Positions 63,904-64,000 of a stretch of 64,000 nt of DNA are shown one piece after another. Positions within the stretch are counted from its first letter, which is position 1; each line of letters opens with the position of its first letter. A program made the translations under genes and the position numbers. The DNA is from Hypanus sabinus (Eukaryota). The stretch covers positions 48,546,001 through 48,610,000 of the forward strand of contig NC_082726.1 in the NCBI RefSeq assembly GCF_030144855.1, written 5' to 3'. Under the pieces are notes generated by a model. That model had not been told where the DNA came from and did no database searches. It was given only the letters and a program-made list of their open reading frames with translations.

Positions 63904-64000
63904 ATTATACATGTGATACATAAACTTTAATCTGGAATCTTGAAACTTAAATGGCTGAGTGACTTCCTCCTATCCTGTATGGTTATTTTTCATATTTTTG

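Noticed and set aside
57817-64000. VSIR Ig-V exon (exon 2)
   Set aside because: No minus-strand ORF with Ig cysteines or a DxGxYxC motif; it presumably lies beyond the window.
1-64000. CRISPR arrays, operons or prokaryotic systems
   Set aside because: Vertebrate intronic DNA; no regularly spaced repeats or gene-dense coding structure.

Overview
This is vertebrate genomic DNA dense in transposable elements. The CR1, Rex1, Penelope and V-SINE repertoire suggests a cartilaginous fish, probably a ray; that is inference. The window lies inside cadherin-23 (CDH23, + strand), of which only one 228-nt exon (12677-12904) is present. Nested antisense in the following >51-kb intron are the last five coding exons of the immune checkpoint gene VSIR/VISTA (57816 down to 42836). 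They splice by canonical GT-AG junctions into one open frame covering the stalk, transmembrane segment and cytoplasmic tail; the Ig-V exon lies beyond the window. The rest is mobile DNA. (1) A complete but non-autonomous Gypsy-type (SCAN-gag/protease, Gmr1-like) LTR element nested in a tRNA-SINE. (2) A size series of fold-back Penelope-derived insertions with 10-14 bp TSDs, carrying minimal hammerhead ribozyme motifs. (3) A bipartite RTE-derived element with a twister-like 5' motif. (4) CR1, L1, Rex1, Tc1 and hAT fragments. There is also one unexplained 30-bp-stem hairpin. All identifications were made by eye from remembered family sequences; no searches were run, and TE fragment boundaries are approximate unless a TSD is given.
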